A program made the translations under genes and the position numbers. A stretch of DNA of 64,000 nucleotides, from the NCBI GenBank assembly GCA_037379345.1, contig CM074519.1, forward strand, positions 35,366,103 to 35,430,102. Direction: 5' to 3'. Within the stretch, counting starts at the first letter, position 1. Each line of letters starts with the position of its first letter. The DNA comes from Perna viridis. Taxonomy: Eukaryota. Below are positions 50,157 through 64,000 of this stretch, one piece after another. The notes beneath the pieces were generated by a model. That model was not told the origin of the DNA, did no database searches, and saw only the letters and a list, made by a program, of their open reading frames with translations.

Positions 50157-52112
50157 GTAAGCTAATTTACACCTATTTTAATTACCTGTGTAAATATACC
50201 TTTATCGTTTTATGTTTTGTTAAGCCATTCAAACAAAATTTAAGTCTTTAAAGAAAGGTTGGAAGCCATGGCCATGGACAAATACTGGGTTATTGTTAAA
50301 AAAAATCAATGTTTGATCTTTTCATCTTAGATTGGAATTTAGTTTTATTTTGTGAAGGGAAAAGTTACTGAGAAACTATATGTATGTATTGAGGTCATGT
50401 AAAGTTTATCTTTTGGATAACTACATAGCCTCTACTCTGAAGAAGTTATATATATATATACTGCTATCACCTTGTTTGTTTTATTGACCATGAAAAACAT
50501 TTTTTGACTGGAAAGGGGTTTTCATACCCTGCCTCACATGTTGGCTTGGTAATACATGTATATGATACATTTCACTGTATATTTGACAGATTTGTGTGTC
50601 CTGGGGTGCAATAGTAGGAAAAGGCTGGGGCCATGGGCCCATTGAAGCTGAAAAGGGCCCATTAATACTACAGAACTTTACTAAGAATGTTAATAAATGG
50701 CCCATTTAAATCTTGAATACTTGTAATAAATGCTGAAAATGGCCAATTTAATTTTTGTTCTGACCACAGGCCTGGGTGGTGTCCAGATGATCAGGTTTTA
50801 ATTGTTGAAGTACATAGTTTGCTGGGGTATTGTTTCTTTGGTAAATTCTCTCCTTGAATGGCCTCCACTTTCTTTTCAGCTAACTTAAATTCTTTTTTTT
50901 GGGGGTATCATTTAAGTACATGTTTGTAGTTTTCAAGCAGTACATGTATATCTGATAAAAACGTCTTGTTTGTAAATTAAATTTGTTTTAGTATAGATAC
51001 ATAAGATTTATTACTTAGTTATTATATACAGCTGAGGGGTTCTATTCCATTGAAGATCAAAACCATTTAATCTAAAATAATCTTTATTTACCATATTTAT
51101 GTACATTCCTCTAAATCCAGAGTTTTAAACAGTATTAACTAAATAGAAGTGACATAATATTACCATTCTCTCTATATTTTGTTTTGAGGATTGGCCATAC
51201 TGAAACTACCAACTGATGGTTCCTGTCCATGTCTTCAACTTTGATAACATGATATGATTATGGGTAAATCTTGAAATACTGAAACTCCAAATTATTCTGC
51301 TTATACCAATTTTGACTTGTATGTGTACTATACACAAACTTACACAGGGTTTACTCCTATGCTATGGGTACAATGGAAGAAATAGCTCGAGATTTGGCTG
51401 ACCATGAACCTATTTTGATCCACCATTATTTCATGTTGTAATGCTTGTACTAAGTCAGGAACATTAAGGATATTTTACTTTTTCTGGGTTCTTCTTGACT
51501 TTTCCAGTTCATACAATATTTCCCTCCAATTTATGATTATGAGTTTGGTAACTTAGTAATTACCTTTATGAAAAATATGCTATACTCACACATCTGATAG
51601 TGTGAAAGAACCATACTGAAAGTCACCCTGTATGGACAAGAAATTCTACATACAATAAATACTAGCGTTACGATACAATATTCGTCTTGTATCAAACATT
51701 AGAACTACAAATATTAGTCTATTTATGAAATTGATTTAACAAAATATAAATGCAATTTTGCCATGTCAAGCCGTGAAAAGTTAAATGAAGTTTAATAATT
51801 AAAGGATTAGGATCAACAAGCTCACAATTGGCCTTTGATATAGTAAATAGTTAGGGTATTGATACTTGTGAGAGCTGATTGAACTTGTTGGAGGGTCGAT
51901 GATTTAGGTCTTGGCAGTGGTCCACACACATCACAATCATAGTAAAGTTTATACTTTTGATTTAAATCTGAAAAAAAATGAAAGGGCTAGATTTGCTATA
52001 AATATTATACAAGAATACTTAAATATCTAGAAAAATTATTACACTACATGTGTTACGTAATTTATTTGTTTTTCTCTTTTGCCCATTTCTTGTAAAAATT
52101 GATGATAATGCA

Positions 52113-52670
52113 CTTTTTGTACCCCGCAAACAAAGTTCAGGAATCACCCAATATGTCTGTCTGTCTGTCCGTCTATTCACATTTCTTGTCAACACATCTG
52201 CTCCTAAACCACTTAAGGGATTTTGATAAATTTTATAGAAAGGTTAGGCATTGTATGTAGAGGTGCATGAAGGAATAAAGTTACTGGCAGAGGACTCTAA
52301 TGGGAGATAATTCAACTTAAGTGATTTACATTTGAAAACCTTGTCAGCCAAACTTCTAAACCGTGTAAAGGATTTTGATGAAATTTTACAGGAAGGTTAG
52401 GCATCATGATTGTGTAGATGTCAGAGAATTCAAAAGGGAGTCTTAAGGGTTTACATGTTGAAACCTTGTAAGCACAACTTTTCCTTAATTTCTGCAGGGA
52501 ATTTTATGAAATTTTATTGGAAAGTTGGTATGTAGATTTGTATGAAAGAATATAGCACTTGTAGAGGATTCCAAAAGGAGATAATTAAATTTATGGGTTA
52601 TATATTTAACTTCATATTCAAATGGGAGGGGTGTGTTATCTTTTTGAGCTTGCTCACAGTATTCTAGTAC
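52113..52670 (+). mobile_element. Pearl/HINE-like element
   Basis: TTTTTGTACCCCGC start, (TCTG)n microsatellite, three ~140-bp internal repeats (GGATTTTGATGAAATTTTA..GAAGGTTAGGCAT), end in CTAGT. Confidence 0.6.
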
Positions 52671-55068
52671 GTTTTTACCATAGAATTGATACTGTTAACT
52701 GATATGGACAGGTACAATGAAGAAGGAATATCACTACAATTTACTGAATAGTGCTAATGTGATATGATATGTCTGAGTTCCAATTTATTGTCTTTTTGTG
52801 TCATAATTTATGATTTTCATTTCTTTTGGTCCACTTCTGAGAAACTGTTACAAATAAATAGAAACTAAAAAAATCAATAAAGGTTAATTGAACAAAATTA
52901 TTGGGGCTTGAATTAATTTTAAATGTAGAAGTCATCAGACAACCCCTTGTCAGAGTTACTGCCCGTTTTTCCTTCTTTTTGACATTTTAACCTTAATTAC
53001 TTACAGTAATTCTTAAATAGCTCTCTGAGACCCACATAAGCAATTCTGGCTCCTTGTGGCCCGTATTCCCAATTCTGCTACCTTGATGTTAATACTTTTT
53101 GCTATTACAAAGTCCAACATGACATTGCACCCCCACTCATTTGGTGCATGTAAGTTAATATAATACAGCAACCAAATCTCACACCAAATTTGAAATGTAT
53201 TTATCCGTTAGGAGTGGAGGTAATTATGGCGAAATTTAGACCGAGGGAATAATGGGTGGAAGGATGGACAAGGTAATATACCTCAAATTGTTGAATGGGG
53301 GTATAATCATATTAAGTACAATGAAACCTGTGTAAATCAACCCCTTTCACACTGTTAGTTTGGTTTAGAAAGGTGTTTTGTTTATCAAGGTTCAAAGTGC
53401 ATTTTAATTAATATTAAGGGACTTTGTGAAGAGTGTCTGGTTTAGGCATGTTTTTTTAGTATTCAGGGTTAAAATAGGTTTTACTGTACACAAGTTGTCA
53501 GTACTGTAGTTACAACCCAGGATCATTATTTTCAATAGAACCATGCTGAAGTTACCAAATTTACAATGGCCTGATTTGGGTATACACACATGGCCATGTG
53601 TTTTTAAATTTTTGGCCAGTTTACACTCATGCAAATGGCTTATAGTATAGTAAATGTTGGTTGTGCAGACAGGCAGGTAAAATATTTTTGTAACATTTTT
53701 CTCTACAAATATAAACCACTAGGTATTTGGTACACAACTTCAGTATGGAGTCCTACATGGTGATATGCAGTTTCAGGTCTGTCACGAAAATAAAACATGG
53801 AAACATTATTTGCTGGAAACAGTACTTTAGGGCAACCCAGCCATTTCTGTCTCTGACCCATTTTAAGGTAATTTGAAAAGCTTCAAACATCTGAAATAAT
53901 TAAAAACTGTAATATTTTCATAGTAAATGTTCTTAAGCCTTGACATTATCTCTTAGAAAATAGACATTATTAAATATGATAATTTACTCTTGACAGGTCA
54001 TTAATCTTCATATTGAATATGAATATGTTAATTATAAGCTTTGGAAAATAACTTAAGGGTTTTGATTAGGTGTAAAATTTCAAAACCATTAAACTATGGT
54101 GTATATGAAAATGAGTATTGTGGTAGTAGATTTAAAAACATATGTATTCATTTAAAATCAGGCTTGAATATATCTGGTTTATTCAAGTTGGACCCATGCA
54201 GACTTATTTTATAACATTATTCTGGCTAGTGACAAGACCTAAGAGCCTTGAAACTATTTTTGTATTTATAATATGTACCAGTTAAGTAATTTTTAATGGT
54301 CATTAAAACTTTGGAAGCACTGTTGATGATATTAAATTTTACTCAGACTAAGATCCAAGCCACATACCCTATAATATCACTTGCGGGTACATGAAAACTA
54401 CATGTAGGTTTTTTTCGCTGATTTGTAACCTTCCATTATTATATTTTAAATTCTGACTGTAGACTGTAGAATCTATGGACAATGATTTAGTTTTAAGAGT
54501 TACGAAGGTCATTGATAGTAACAACATTTATACGAGAATGAAGGTGTGATGTGTTCAAAAAGGCAGAGATTATTCCATTGGCCTAATCTAGAGAGAGTTC
54601 TCCATGTTTGTGTCCACTTCTCCTATTTGTCTTTGACAGGGAGAATTTTTAATAGATTACATTGACAAAAATGTCAATGTCATTATTTTTTAAACCTTCT
54701 CTTTGACATTGTTATCTAGATTAGGCCCTGTTGAGTAGATAGAAATGTATTGAAATGTCTTTTTGGAACCAATAGATTCACAGAAGGCAATTCCTTTTGT
54801 GATTTGATGGAAAAGTGTTTGTTAATTCCATGTACATGTATATATTACTAGTACTATTTCCCACACAATAATTCTGCGGAGGGTGAAATGTTTTTCACTG
54901 GTTCTTATGTCAGGTTTTTTTGCACAAGTTTGTAAAAGGTTATGGTTAAAGAATAATGACTTACCTGTTGCAGAATATTATATAAAAAAACACCCGAATG
55001 TTGATTATATTCTTTTAAAAGCATATGTGATACATATTTTAAATATAAATGTACTATTTCAATTTCAG

Positions 55069-55266
55069 GCTCGTTCAGAGACAGAGGTACAGACTGAAAA
55101 AGAATGGATGGAGTCGGAGAAAGTCTGGCTTGTTCACAAAGGAGGATTTGCCTCAGCATGTATCATGAAGGCCAATGGAATGGCTTCCCTACCAGAGGGA
55201 CGTGTCTGTATCAAACTTGACCATGGAGGGGACATCTTAGAGGTAGATGAAGACGACGTGGAGAAG
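55069..55266 (+). CDS. MYO18A: Myosin XVIII coding exon 2 (SH3-like N-terminal subdomain of the head)
   Basis: TTTCAG|ARSETEVQTEKEWMESEKVWLVHKGGF...LEVDEDDVEK|GTATGA; 198 bp, phase 0-0. Confidence 0.93.
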
Positions 55267-55694
55267 GTATGATTAGCTGTAGGCTGAGTTTTAAAATCCG
55301 TAATTAAGAGCTGAACACTACAAGTTCTGTATACAAAGCAAAATGCACAGTAAAAAGGGATCATAGCGTAAAACAGTATTACTGATTGTATAATAAGGTT
55401 CAACAATAAAACATGGCTGATTTGGATCAAAAAGAAAAAAAAGTCTACAATCCCAAAATAATAATCTTGATGAAAATGCAAGTTAAAGAATAAAGTAATG
55501 AAAAAGAAAATATCTAAAATATTATGGTTGTCTGGGTATAATGACAATTATCTCAATATTACATAATTTTCACAGTAGGTTTTAGTCTAGCTCTACATTT
55601 AGCTGAATTTGAAAAAAATAAGTGCAGTCATTCTCAAGTACTGAAAAATAAGATCCTGTTAGATTTAAACAGTTCATATCATTATTTAAGATCT

Positions 55695-56020
55695 GCATTT
55701 GGATTATTTACTTGTGGTCCAAACCCAGACAAATTGTTCATGGTACATCACGTACTGGTACAACCATCTCTGTCTCATGTGTGTACAATAAATCTGACAA
55801 GGGTCTGTATTAGGATTATTTACTTGTGATACAAATTACTTACATTTGTACAACCATCTCTGCTTGATGTGTATAAAAAATCTGACATTTGTGACCAGTC
55901 TAAGGTCTAGGTTTGGTTTAATTACTTGTGATCCAAAAACTGAACAAATTACATTCATGGTACATCTTGTATTCCATGTGTATACAAGAAATCTGACATT
56001 TGTGACCAGACTAAGGTTGA
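55695..56020. repeat. Degenerate ~105-115-bp tandem repeat, about 3 units
   Basis: Recurring ATTACTTGTG..ACAAATT..AATCTGACA. Confidence 0.6.
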
Positions 56021-57281
56021 ATGTTGAAAACATCTTTTCATGTTGACCTCCGTAAGAATGTTTAAGTATGGCAAACAACATAATAGGCCAATGATTATAT
56101 GGTGGTCTTGTCAATTTCAAGGGCTGATGTAACATTGATATGTAAAAAAATTGTTTATGTTTAAAACCTTATTGTCAATTTTAGTAGATGTACATCTAAA
56201 ATTTTTGGTCATGCAGGTTTGATGTTGTCATACTGCAGTAGGTTGTACATGTATTTGTGCAGTTTTAAATTAAATTTATTTAAACTTTGAATGTTAGGAA
56301 AAAAATGAAGTGCAAAATGATTTAGATTTGAGTTTTTCATAGATAAATATTAAGTTTAGGTAGATAATGTCTTTAAGACTGTTCTTAATTTATTTAGGAA
56401 TATCCCTATGATCTTATGCAATTATATGATCAATGTCCATTCTACTTTATAATATTTCAGTCATTAGTGTAGTTTTTTGAAGGTTAAACTGGAAAAATGC
56501 AAATAATCATTGTATAATTAGGGTAAATGACAACTGTTGTGAAAATATGACATGGATTGCTGTCATACAAGAGTTTGAATTTAGACTTACAAACAAACTA
56601 CAAGATTCTTGCAAAATGTGAAAAAAGTTGAATTAAGACTTACAAACTACAAGATTCTTGTAAAATGTGAAAAAAGATACTAAAGTAAAGCATTGAGGTT
56701 AAGGCCCGAAGATTGAGAGTTTCAACATGTTTTATACCATCTATCTATAGCTATCTTTCACCTATAAATACTTTATATGATGACAAAAGAAGTAGATAAA
56801 ATACCACAGGTGATAAAACTCTGTCCACTTCTGGGATGTGTGTTATGTTTTTACCTGTACTAGTAATCCCTCAGGTGTGAATTTTAATTATGTGACAGAT
56901 AGAAAAGATAAATATCAATAGCTGTCTCAAGTATGTTATAAAATACTTCAATGGTAGTTTGTTGTGATCAACGATTTGTGTCGATTCGGTAAATTAATTA
57001 CCAACTAGCTGATCAAGTGCAGTTCACTCTTCATTCAAAATTTTAGACCCAGTCAAATTAATAGCCTGTCATTACTATAGACTTTCATGTAATTGATACT
57101 TAATTGGTCATTAGTTGTTTAAGTTATGTAAAAACTGTCTGCTAAATGGTTCAATTTCAAGATAGTCTGTTAAAACCAGGAAAATTTAGAAAGCTATAAC
57201 ATTGGACATTGACCATGAAAAGGTAGGCCGCTGCTATACATGCCATGGCTATAAGATCCTTGTATTGTCCCATCTGTTTAA

Positions 57282-57510
57282 AAGAGTAATCAAGGGAACC
57301 AAGGTTATAGCGGTAATCAAAAGAATGTAATCCAGGGACAAAGACCCGACATGGAAAACAGACATACACAACAAAGAACATACAGTAAATAAAATCATAC
57401 ATACAAAGTAACAAAAGCAAATGAGCAACTCGGACTCCACTAAAAACTGGGAGCATGGACCAGGTGCACCGTTAGGATAAGCGTCCTTGGCTTTTCTAGA
57501 AACACCCGCC
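57282..57510 (-). repeat. Dispersed repeat, copy 6
   Basis: Near-identical to 11-208. Confidence 0.9.
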
Positions 57511-58142
57511 GAATAAATCAGTTTTCATGGTGCAGATGGATATACCATGATAAATGATCAAAACACACACACACTTGTACTAGCCCAAAACAATTAAAAC
57601 CATACACAGTTCTACTTAGGCCAAAACAATTAAAACCATACACAGTTCTACTTATACCAAAACAATGAAAATTATACCGTCATCACTTCACTTCAAATAA
57701 TAGACTAAATGCCTTCATCAGGAGCAAATAACAATAACTGAGAGGATACAAGGCTAACTCTGCTTTTGCTCTGTAAAGCTTCTATAAAGGAACTTTCTCA
57801 TTGGTTTTTTTTTGTGTATTTCTCTGCCTGCATTGCAATCTCTGAGTGAAATACTATTAAACCATAGTGGAAGGGCAATAGTCCAGATGTTTTTGGTTTT
57901 TACTGTGATAATTCGGTCTTCTGCCAAGAACTGAACATAATTGTCAGCTACCAATGATTACACTGATGTCAGTAGTACAAAGAATAATAACAGTTTTGAA
58001 AGTTCCACTCAGTACGTCACCTGCATTACATCTCCTATTTGCAGGCTAGCTGCAATTTTTGTAATATTCCTTTTATTGATGTATTCTGTACATGCAATAC
58101 AAGTTTATAAATATCTCAATTAAATTATACTATCTTTTGTAG

Positions 58143-58530
58143 GCTAACCCTCCACAATATGACAGAGCTGAAGACATTGCTTCATTACGATTCCTGAATG
58201 AGTCCAGTGCCTTACACATATTACGACAGAGATATGGCGCAAATTTGGTCCACTCATATTTCGGTCCCTCACTGGCTGTGGTCAACCCCATGCACCCAAT
58301 ATCCATCTACTCAGAAAAAGTCATGCAAGTTTTCAAGGGATGTAAACAAGAGGACATGCCACCCCACATTTATGCAATGGGACAGATCACTTATCGTGAG
58401 ATGTTACAGTCCAGGTCAGATCAGTCCATTGTGTTTATGGGGAGGAGTGGAAGTGGAAAGACATCAAACTCTCGGCATGTTATTCAGTATCTTATAACAG
58501 CTGGTGGTAGTGTGGGGAATATATTAACAG
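58143..58530 (+). CDS. MYO18A: Myosin XVIII coding exon 3 (head, P-loop)
   Basis: [32 protein letters not shown]...MPPHIY...[15 protein letters not shown]; 388 bp, phase 0-1. Confidence 0.95.
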
Positions 58531-59504
58531 GTGGGCTGTGTTTCCTATGGTAGAAATGTGTAACTTATATGGATAAGTCAACATAAATTAATACTTCAGC
58601 TTTTTTAAAGCAATGTTTTTCTAATTAAAACTGTAAATTCTTCATTAAATTATGTATGGACCAAATTATACACCAAGCAGTCAATTCTTTTGAAAAATAT
58701 GTTAAAGTAATTACCAGTTATATTCAGATGTAGTCAGGTTCTGAAGTACTTACATTACTAAGAGCTTCCGTTGTACTCTAACCACCCAGAATTAACTTGA
58801 CCATACTGAATTACAAATATGCCATATTACATAATAATATTAAGTGTTACATGGTCAGGTTTGGATGTCAAACCAAATGATAAAAACTTGATACAAAATA
58901 TACTTCATAAATGTTTGCATACGGAAATTAGATGTAAGGAAATGGTGCCCACTTATTATAGAAGTACCAGCTCTAATCTTGTCTCAGCCATATCCTGGTA
59001 TCATACATGTATATTACCTGTTACTGCCAGAACTCTTAGGTCTTGTTTTGTAACTCAGAATATCTTGTTAATTGGGCAATTACTCTCTGTTAAGATAAAA
59101 CTTCAACACTTTTGGAATTTAGGTTTATGACATTTGTCCAAAATCTGGTTTAAATGCAAAAAAAAAAAAAATGCATAACACTTAATCTGTTGAATTTTAC
59201 TGAACTTTTGTTATAGAACTGTAATATATTGTCTATAAGTTTTTATTGTCTAGTCAATGGTCCCTGGGAGTTCACGCTACCAAGGTTTGACTGTATTTTT
59301 CATGATTTTTTAATGAATTTTACATTTTAATCTCTAAGAAGTCACATGACATACCATTTTGGAATTTGGAACTATGAACATCATGAGATGAACTTATGAA
59401 CATTTCCCACTTTATGATTCTGACTGGAAAGAGTTAGAATTTAGTGTTATGTCAATAGCACATTTCTTTCCTTTTTTGTCATTAAAGTAAAATATCTTTT
59501 TTAG

Positions 59505-59647
59505 CTGAGAAACTCTCTGCTGTGAATACTTTGATGGAAGCCTTTGGTAACAGTAGAACATTGCTAAACACCAACGCCAGTCGCTATGCTCAGCTGACTA
59601 CACTTGATTTTGACCATTCTGGTCAGATTACTTCAGCTTCCATACAG
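59505..59647 (+). CDS. MYO18A: Myosin XVIII coding exon 4 (switch I region)
   Basis: EKLSAVNTLMEAFGNSRTLLNTNASRYAQLTTLDFDHSGQITSASIQ; 143 bp, phase 1-0. Confidence 0.93.
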
Positions 59648-60070
59648 GTACATGTATGACTAAGAAGGTTATCACATCTGAAAATACTGGTACCACTGTG
59701 CAGATACTTGTAATGATATGGTCACATACCTACTTTCATATTGTCACAGATGACAAGACAAAGTTTAAATTGTACCTTTAAGATATTATTAGTTATATGT
59801 TGCCTAAGAAACATGTACATGATCTTCAATGTTCGTGGTTTTGGTGGGAAGACCAGTCCACGAAATTTGGTTACCATCGAAAAGGATTTCCATTGATGTG
59901 TATACTGATAATCTCAAAACCACGAATTCAAGAATTCATAAACTTGTGCTTTTTCCCTAATCCACGATAATTGGTATACACATACTCATTTTGGATAGTT
60001 TCAAGATAGAAGATTCTGTAAAGTACATGCACCTCCTTAGATTCTTATTTTTCCTACCTTAATGTTGCAG

Positions 60071-60171
60071 GTTTTCATGTTTGAGAAGTCCCGAGTAGTA
60101 AGAAGACCAGAGGGAGAGCCTAGTTTCCATGTATTCTACCAAATGTTGGCTGGGCTTGATTCTGCTTTAAG
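60071..60171 (+). CDS. MYO18A: Myosin XVIII coding exon 5
   Basis: TTGCAG|[34 protein letters not shown]|GTAATG; 101 bp, phase 0-2. Confidence 0.93.
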
Positions 60172-60413
60172 GTAATGTAATATGGTGGCATGAGATATAG
60201 TACTGAAGTCTTATAATATAGGTTGATTGACCAGCACACACAATAAACTTTAATGGATTTTTCTCCACAAAGTTGAATGTTCAGTGTTATTTTGCACCCA
60301 TTTTGAAAATTCCCATTAGGTTTTGCACAAGTAGGCATCTGTCAAGTATAATTTCAATCAGTTTAGGCATTTGTGGGATTTAGTGTGGACGAATTCATAC
60401 ACAGGAATTAATG

Positions 60414-60640
60414 AGAGTAATGAAGGGAACAAAGACTCTTGCGGAAATAAAAGAATGTAATCCAGGGACAAAGAACAGACATGGAAAACAGACAAACACA
60501 AAGAAGAATATAAAATAACTTAATTAATACATACAAAGTAACAAAAGTAAATGAGCAACTTGGACTTCACTAAAAACTGGGAGCATGGACTAGGTGCACC
60601 AGTAGAGTAAGCGTCCTTTTCTTTTGTAGAAACACCCACT
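60414..60640 (-). repeat. Dispersed repeat, copy 7
   Basis: Diverged match to 57282-57510. Confidence 0.85.
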
Positions 60641-60976
60641 GAAAAGAAAGTAAGAAAGGAAACAAACAGAAAACGATGTCACCAACTATAGTTGAAAAAT
60701 TTATCAAATAAAAACCAGGATCTTGAGCCACATTTAAAACTTGATAGTGACAAAGACAAAGCATAGAAAACTAAGACCGTATCAATAAACAACATTCTGA
60801 AACTAGAACTAGAAATTAACTAGAAATGAGTGAATAAGAGGACTTAACCTTTGAGGAGGAACAAGGTACCACCACATTGATAAGACTGATTCTGCAGTCA
60901 GTTTCACATAAAAAAAATTTTGTGTTAATTCTGTCGTAAGTTATGACATCACAATTGTGTCCTATTGTGCTGTTAA

Positions 60977-61371
60977 GTAGCACTCCAGCTAAGGATCATG
61001 CAAAATGTCATTCATGGGTAAAAAGCCTACATATTTTTATTTTTGATATTTTGTTTGAAATGTCATAGTAAACAGAAATTAACATGTGGTTTTTCATATA
61101 ACCTGTGCTCTTAGGAGATAAAAAATTATAGAGTGCACTGTAGATTTCAAAATTAAGGGAGATAACTCTGTAAATGATGCTCAAATACAATAAAATCTAC
61201 TGGATTTTCAATGTTGATTATCTTCTAAGAGCAGGCAGATTTGAAAGAATAATTACATATTTCATGATATAGACCCATAAAACAACTTCATTACAAAAAT
61301 AAAAATATGTAGCCTTTTTTAGAGTGTATCACATTTTTCAGATTTTGCATGATTCTTACAAAGACAGCTAC
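60977..61371. mobile_element. TTAA-flanked foldback MITE (Kolobok/piggyBac-type target)
   Basis: TTAA|GTAGC..TCATGCAAAAT..CTACATATTTTTATTTTT mirrored by AAAAATAAAAATATGTAG..ATTTTGCATGA..GCTAC|TTAA. Confidence 0.55.
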
Positions 61372-61567
61372 TTAAAATTTATGACAGTTTTACACTTAAT
61401 GTGGAGGTCTTTCCAGATTTATAGTATGGACTTAAGATAGAAAAAATTCAGTCTTTTTTTATATGTTTTTATTTTTAATTAAATGTTGAATTGTGTTTGT
61501 TTAAATTGCTCACCATGTCAGACTGGAATACTGTCTAATATTTACCTTTAATGTCATCTATTTATAG

Positions 61568-61628
61568 GAATGAGCTACAACTCAATAGCCTGACAGAGCC
61601 TAACTTGTTCATGACACCATTACAGAGG
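61568..61628 (+). CDS. MYO18A: Myosin XVIII coding exon 6; the gene continues beyond the window
   Basis: TTATAG|(R)NELQLNSLTEPNLFMTPLQR|GTAAAA; 61 bp, phase 2-0. Confidence 0.85.
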
Positions 61629-63111
61629 GTAAAATATTAATTTAAATTAGTACAACTATATGTAATTAATTATTTTTTAGTATATCATTCATTAATTCTG
61701 AGAGTTTGCTAAATTTTAACCTTAAATATTTTCTTGATGATATGTAGCAATGGGTCTTGGAAAAAGTTGTAAATGAAATATTTTTGGTGAAGAATTATAT
61801 TGTAAAAGAAAAAAAATATCCTTTTTCTTTGAGGAAAGGAATCTGTTCAAAACCATGAAGCCAAGTCTTAGAAATTAAAGAACGAAAGCTGTAATTTATT
61901 CCCTGCAGATAGTCTAAGGTTAATTTAACAAGAAAATATAAGTGTGCGTATTGTTCAAATGTGTATCCATGAAGACATTATAATTTGTGACAAATTTTCT
62001 GTGAAATTATCTACTGGCTGTGTAGAGAAAAGGGAGTTAACCCCTGTTCAGATCCCAGTCAGATGAACGTTTACTCTTAATGCCAAATTTTCCTATAAAC
62101 TAAATGTATGCTGTCATTGTGAGAAATGAGCAGAAGAATATTTTTCTTGAAAGTAGGGTAACTAAATACTGTGCAGGGCCATTCTAAAAAAAATTTCTAG
62201 TCTTCATCAGTTTTATTGTTCAACATTTTTTAACCAAGGATGTGATTTTGTTATTGGGATTTGCAGATTTCTGCTTTTACAAATTTGAATTTGAATTTTA
62301 TTGTATATTTACCTAGGATTTAGTAAGTTTCTGCTTCTTTGTTGATCCTGGTTTCTTATCTCTGTTCAAATTGAATACTGAATAACAATATTGTTTAAAA
62401 CTTATATTAAAGATAAGCATTTAATAATACCATACAACTCTCAAACTTTTAGCATGGGTTCATTCCAACAGTTGTAAGTATCACATGACTTGCTGTTAAT
62501 GCTCTCACCAGGTGGCAGCAGCTGTTCAAGTTTTTACTTTCTTTAAGCTTGATTATGTTCTCATGTTAATGTTTCAGATATGATTGCTTGGGTTTTTTGT
62601 TACCTATATGCATTTTTGGGAGTGAATTGTTCCTATCATTTGATGGGTTACTTATCATTTGTGTATTAGAAGCTTTTCAATTTGATGTTTTCATGTTAAG
62701 TTGTGGGTCAGTGTTGTTATGTGGTTCAAAGTGATTATTACAGTTAATAAGCTTGCCAAGTTTAAAGAAAGTTTCACAAACATTATTATTAGGTAGCTGC
62801 ATGTAAAAGTTCATTGTACAGGCTTTCAGTGACTCCTTTCAGCATATCAAAAATCAGTTGTTTTGGGGGTGAATTTCAAATGAGTATATATACAATTTAA
62901 AGTTTATTGGTTGCCATATACCATACTTTGAAAGTTCTAAAGGCTGCACAAGATCCATCACCTTTTTTTTTTCATTGTGTACCAATTTTCATGGTTTCAA
63001 TATTTAGTCAAACCACATACTGTTATTAAAATTTCCAGCTAAAATTTGAATGTATTACTTGAATAATGGAACTCAAGAACACACACAATTACCAAAACAA
63101 ACCATGAAAAG

Positions 63112-64000
63112 TTGATATCCACGACCTTCACACAACATCTTACCATTGATATCCACGACCTTCACACATCATCTTACCATTGATATCCATGACAAAAGTA
63201 CCTTCACACAACATCTTACCATTGATATCCACAACAAAAGTAACCTTCACACAACATCTTACCAATTATATCCACGACAAAAGTAACCTTCACACAACAT
63301 CTTACCATTTATATCCACAACAAAAGTAACCTTCACACAACATCTTACCGTTGATATCCATGACAAAAGTAACCTTCACACAACATCTTACCGTTGATAT
63401 CCATAACAAAAGTAACCTTCACACAACATCTTACCATTGATATCCATGACAAAAGTACCGTCTCGTCTCACAACATCTTACCATTGATATCCATGACAAA
63501 AGTAACCTTCACACAACATCTTACCGTTGATATCCATGACAAAAGTACCGTCTCGTCACACAACATCTTACCGTTGATATCCAGGACAAAAGTAACCTTC
63601 ACACAACATCTTACCGTTGATATCCATGACAAAAGTACCGTCTCGTCTCACAACATCTTACCGTTGATATCCATGACAAAAGTACCGTCTCGTCTCACAA
63701 CATCTTACCAATTATGTCCACGACAAAAGTAACCTTCACACAACATCTTACCGTTGATGTCCATGACAAAAGTAACCTTCACACAACATCTTACCGTTGA
63801 TATCCATGACAAAAGTAACCTTCACACAACATCTTACCAATTATATCCACGACAAAAGTAACCTTCACACAACATCTTACCATTTATATCCACAACAAAA
63901 GTAACCTTCACACATCTTACCGTTGATATCCACGACAAAAGTAACCTTCACACAACATCTTACCGTTGATATCCACGACAAAAGTAACCTTCACACAACA
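63112..64000. repeat. Intronic minisatellite, 43-bp unit with 34-, 42- and 47-bp variants, running off the window end
   Basis: Unit CCGTTGATATCCATGACAAAAGTAACCTTCACACAACATCTTA, about 20 copies. Confidence 0.95.

Noticed and set aside
63394-63732. 112-aa repetitive ORF, or a CRISPR-like array
   Set aside because: The 30-aa period arises from the 43+47-bp units; there are no unique spacers, no cas genes, and the context is a eukaryotic intron.

Overview
AT-rich animal genomic DNA; the repeat families and gene content suggest a bivalve mollusc, probably a mytilid (inference). The left ~33 kb is a transposon-dense region holding a head-to-tail, minus-strand array of three intronless cGAS-like receptor (cGLR, Mab-21/nucleotidyltransferase) genes. 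One copy is intact (17327-18454) and two are pseudogenes (~10250-11370 and 29688-30809). All three share a TATA plus kB-like promoter, and ISRE-like motifs lie further upstream of copies 1 and 2. Copies 1 and 2 sit in a tandem segmental duplication whose two units give empty-site proof for a 5.45-kb CACTA/CMC-like element and a Harbinger MITE. A decayed CR1/L2-group LINE carries four nested insertions, and Penelope-like remnants are also present. The right ~30 kb is the 5' part of an unconventional myosin XVIII gene (KE-rich region, PDZ, motor-like head; six coding exons with consistent splice phases). Its 19-kb first intron holds three further phase-0 candidate first exons. The window ends in a 43/47-bp minisatellite.
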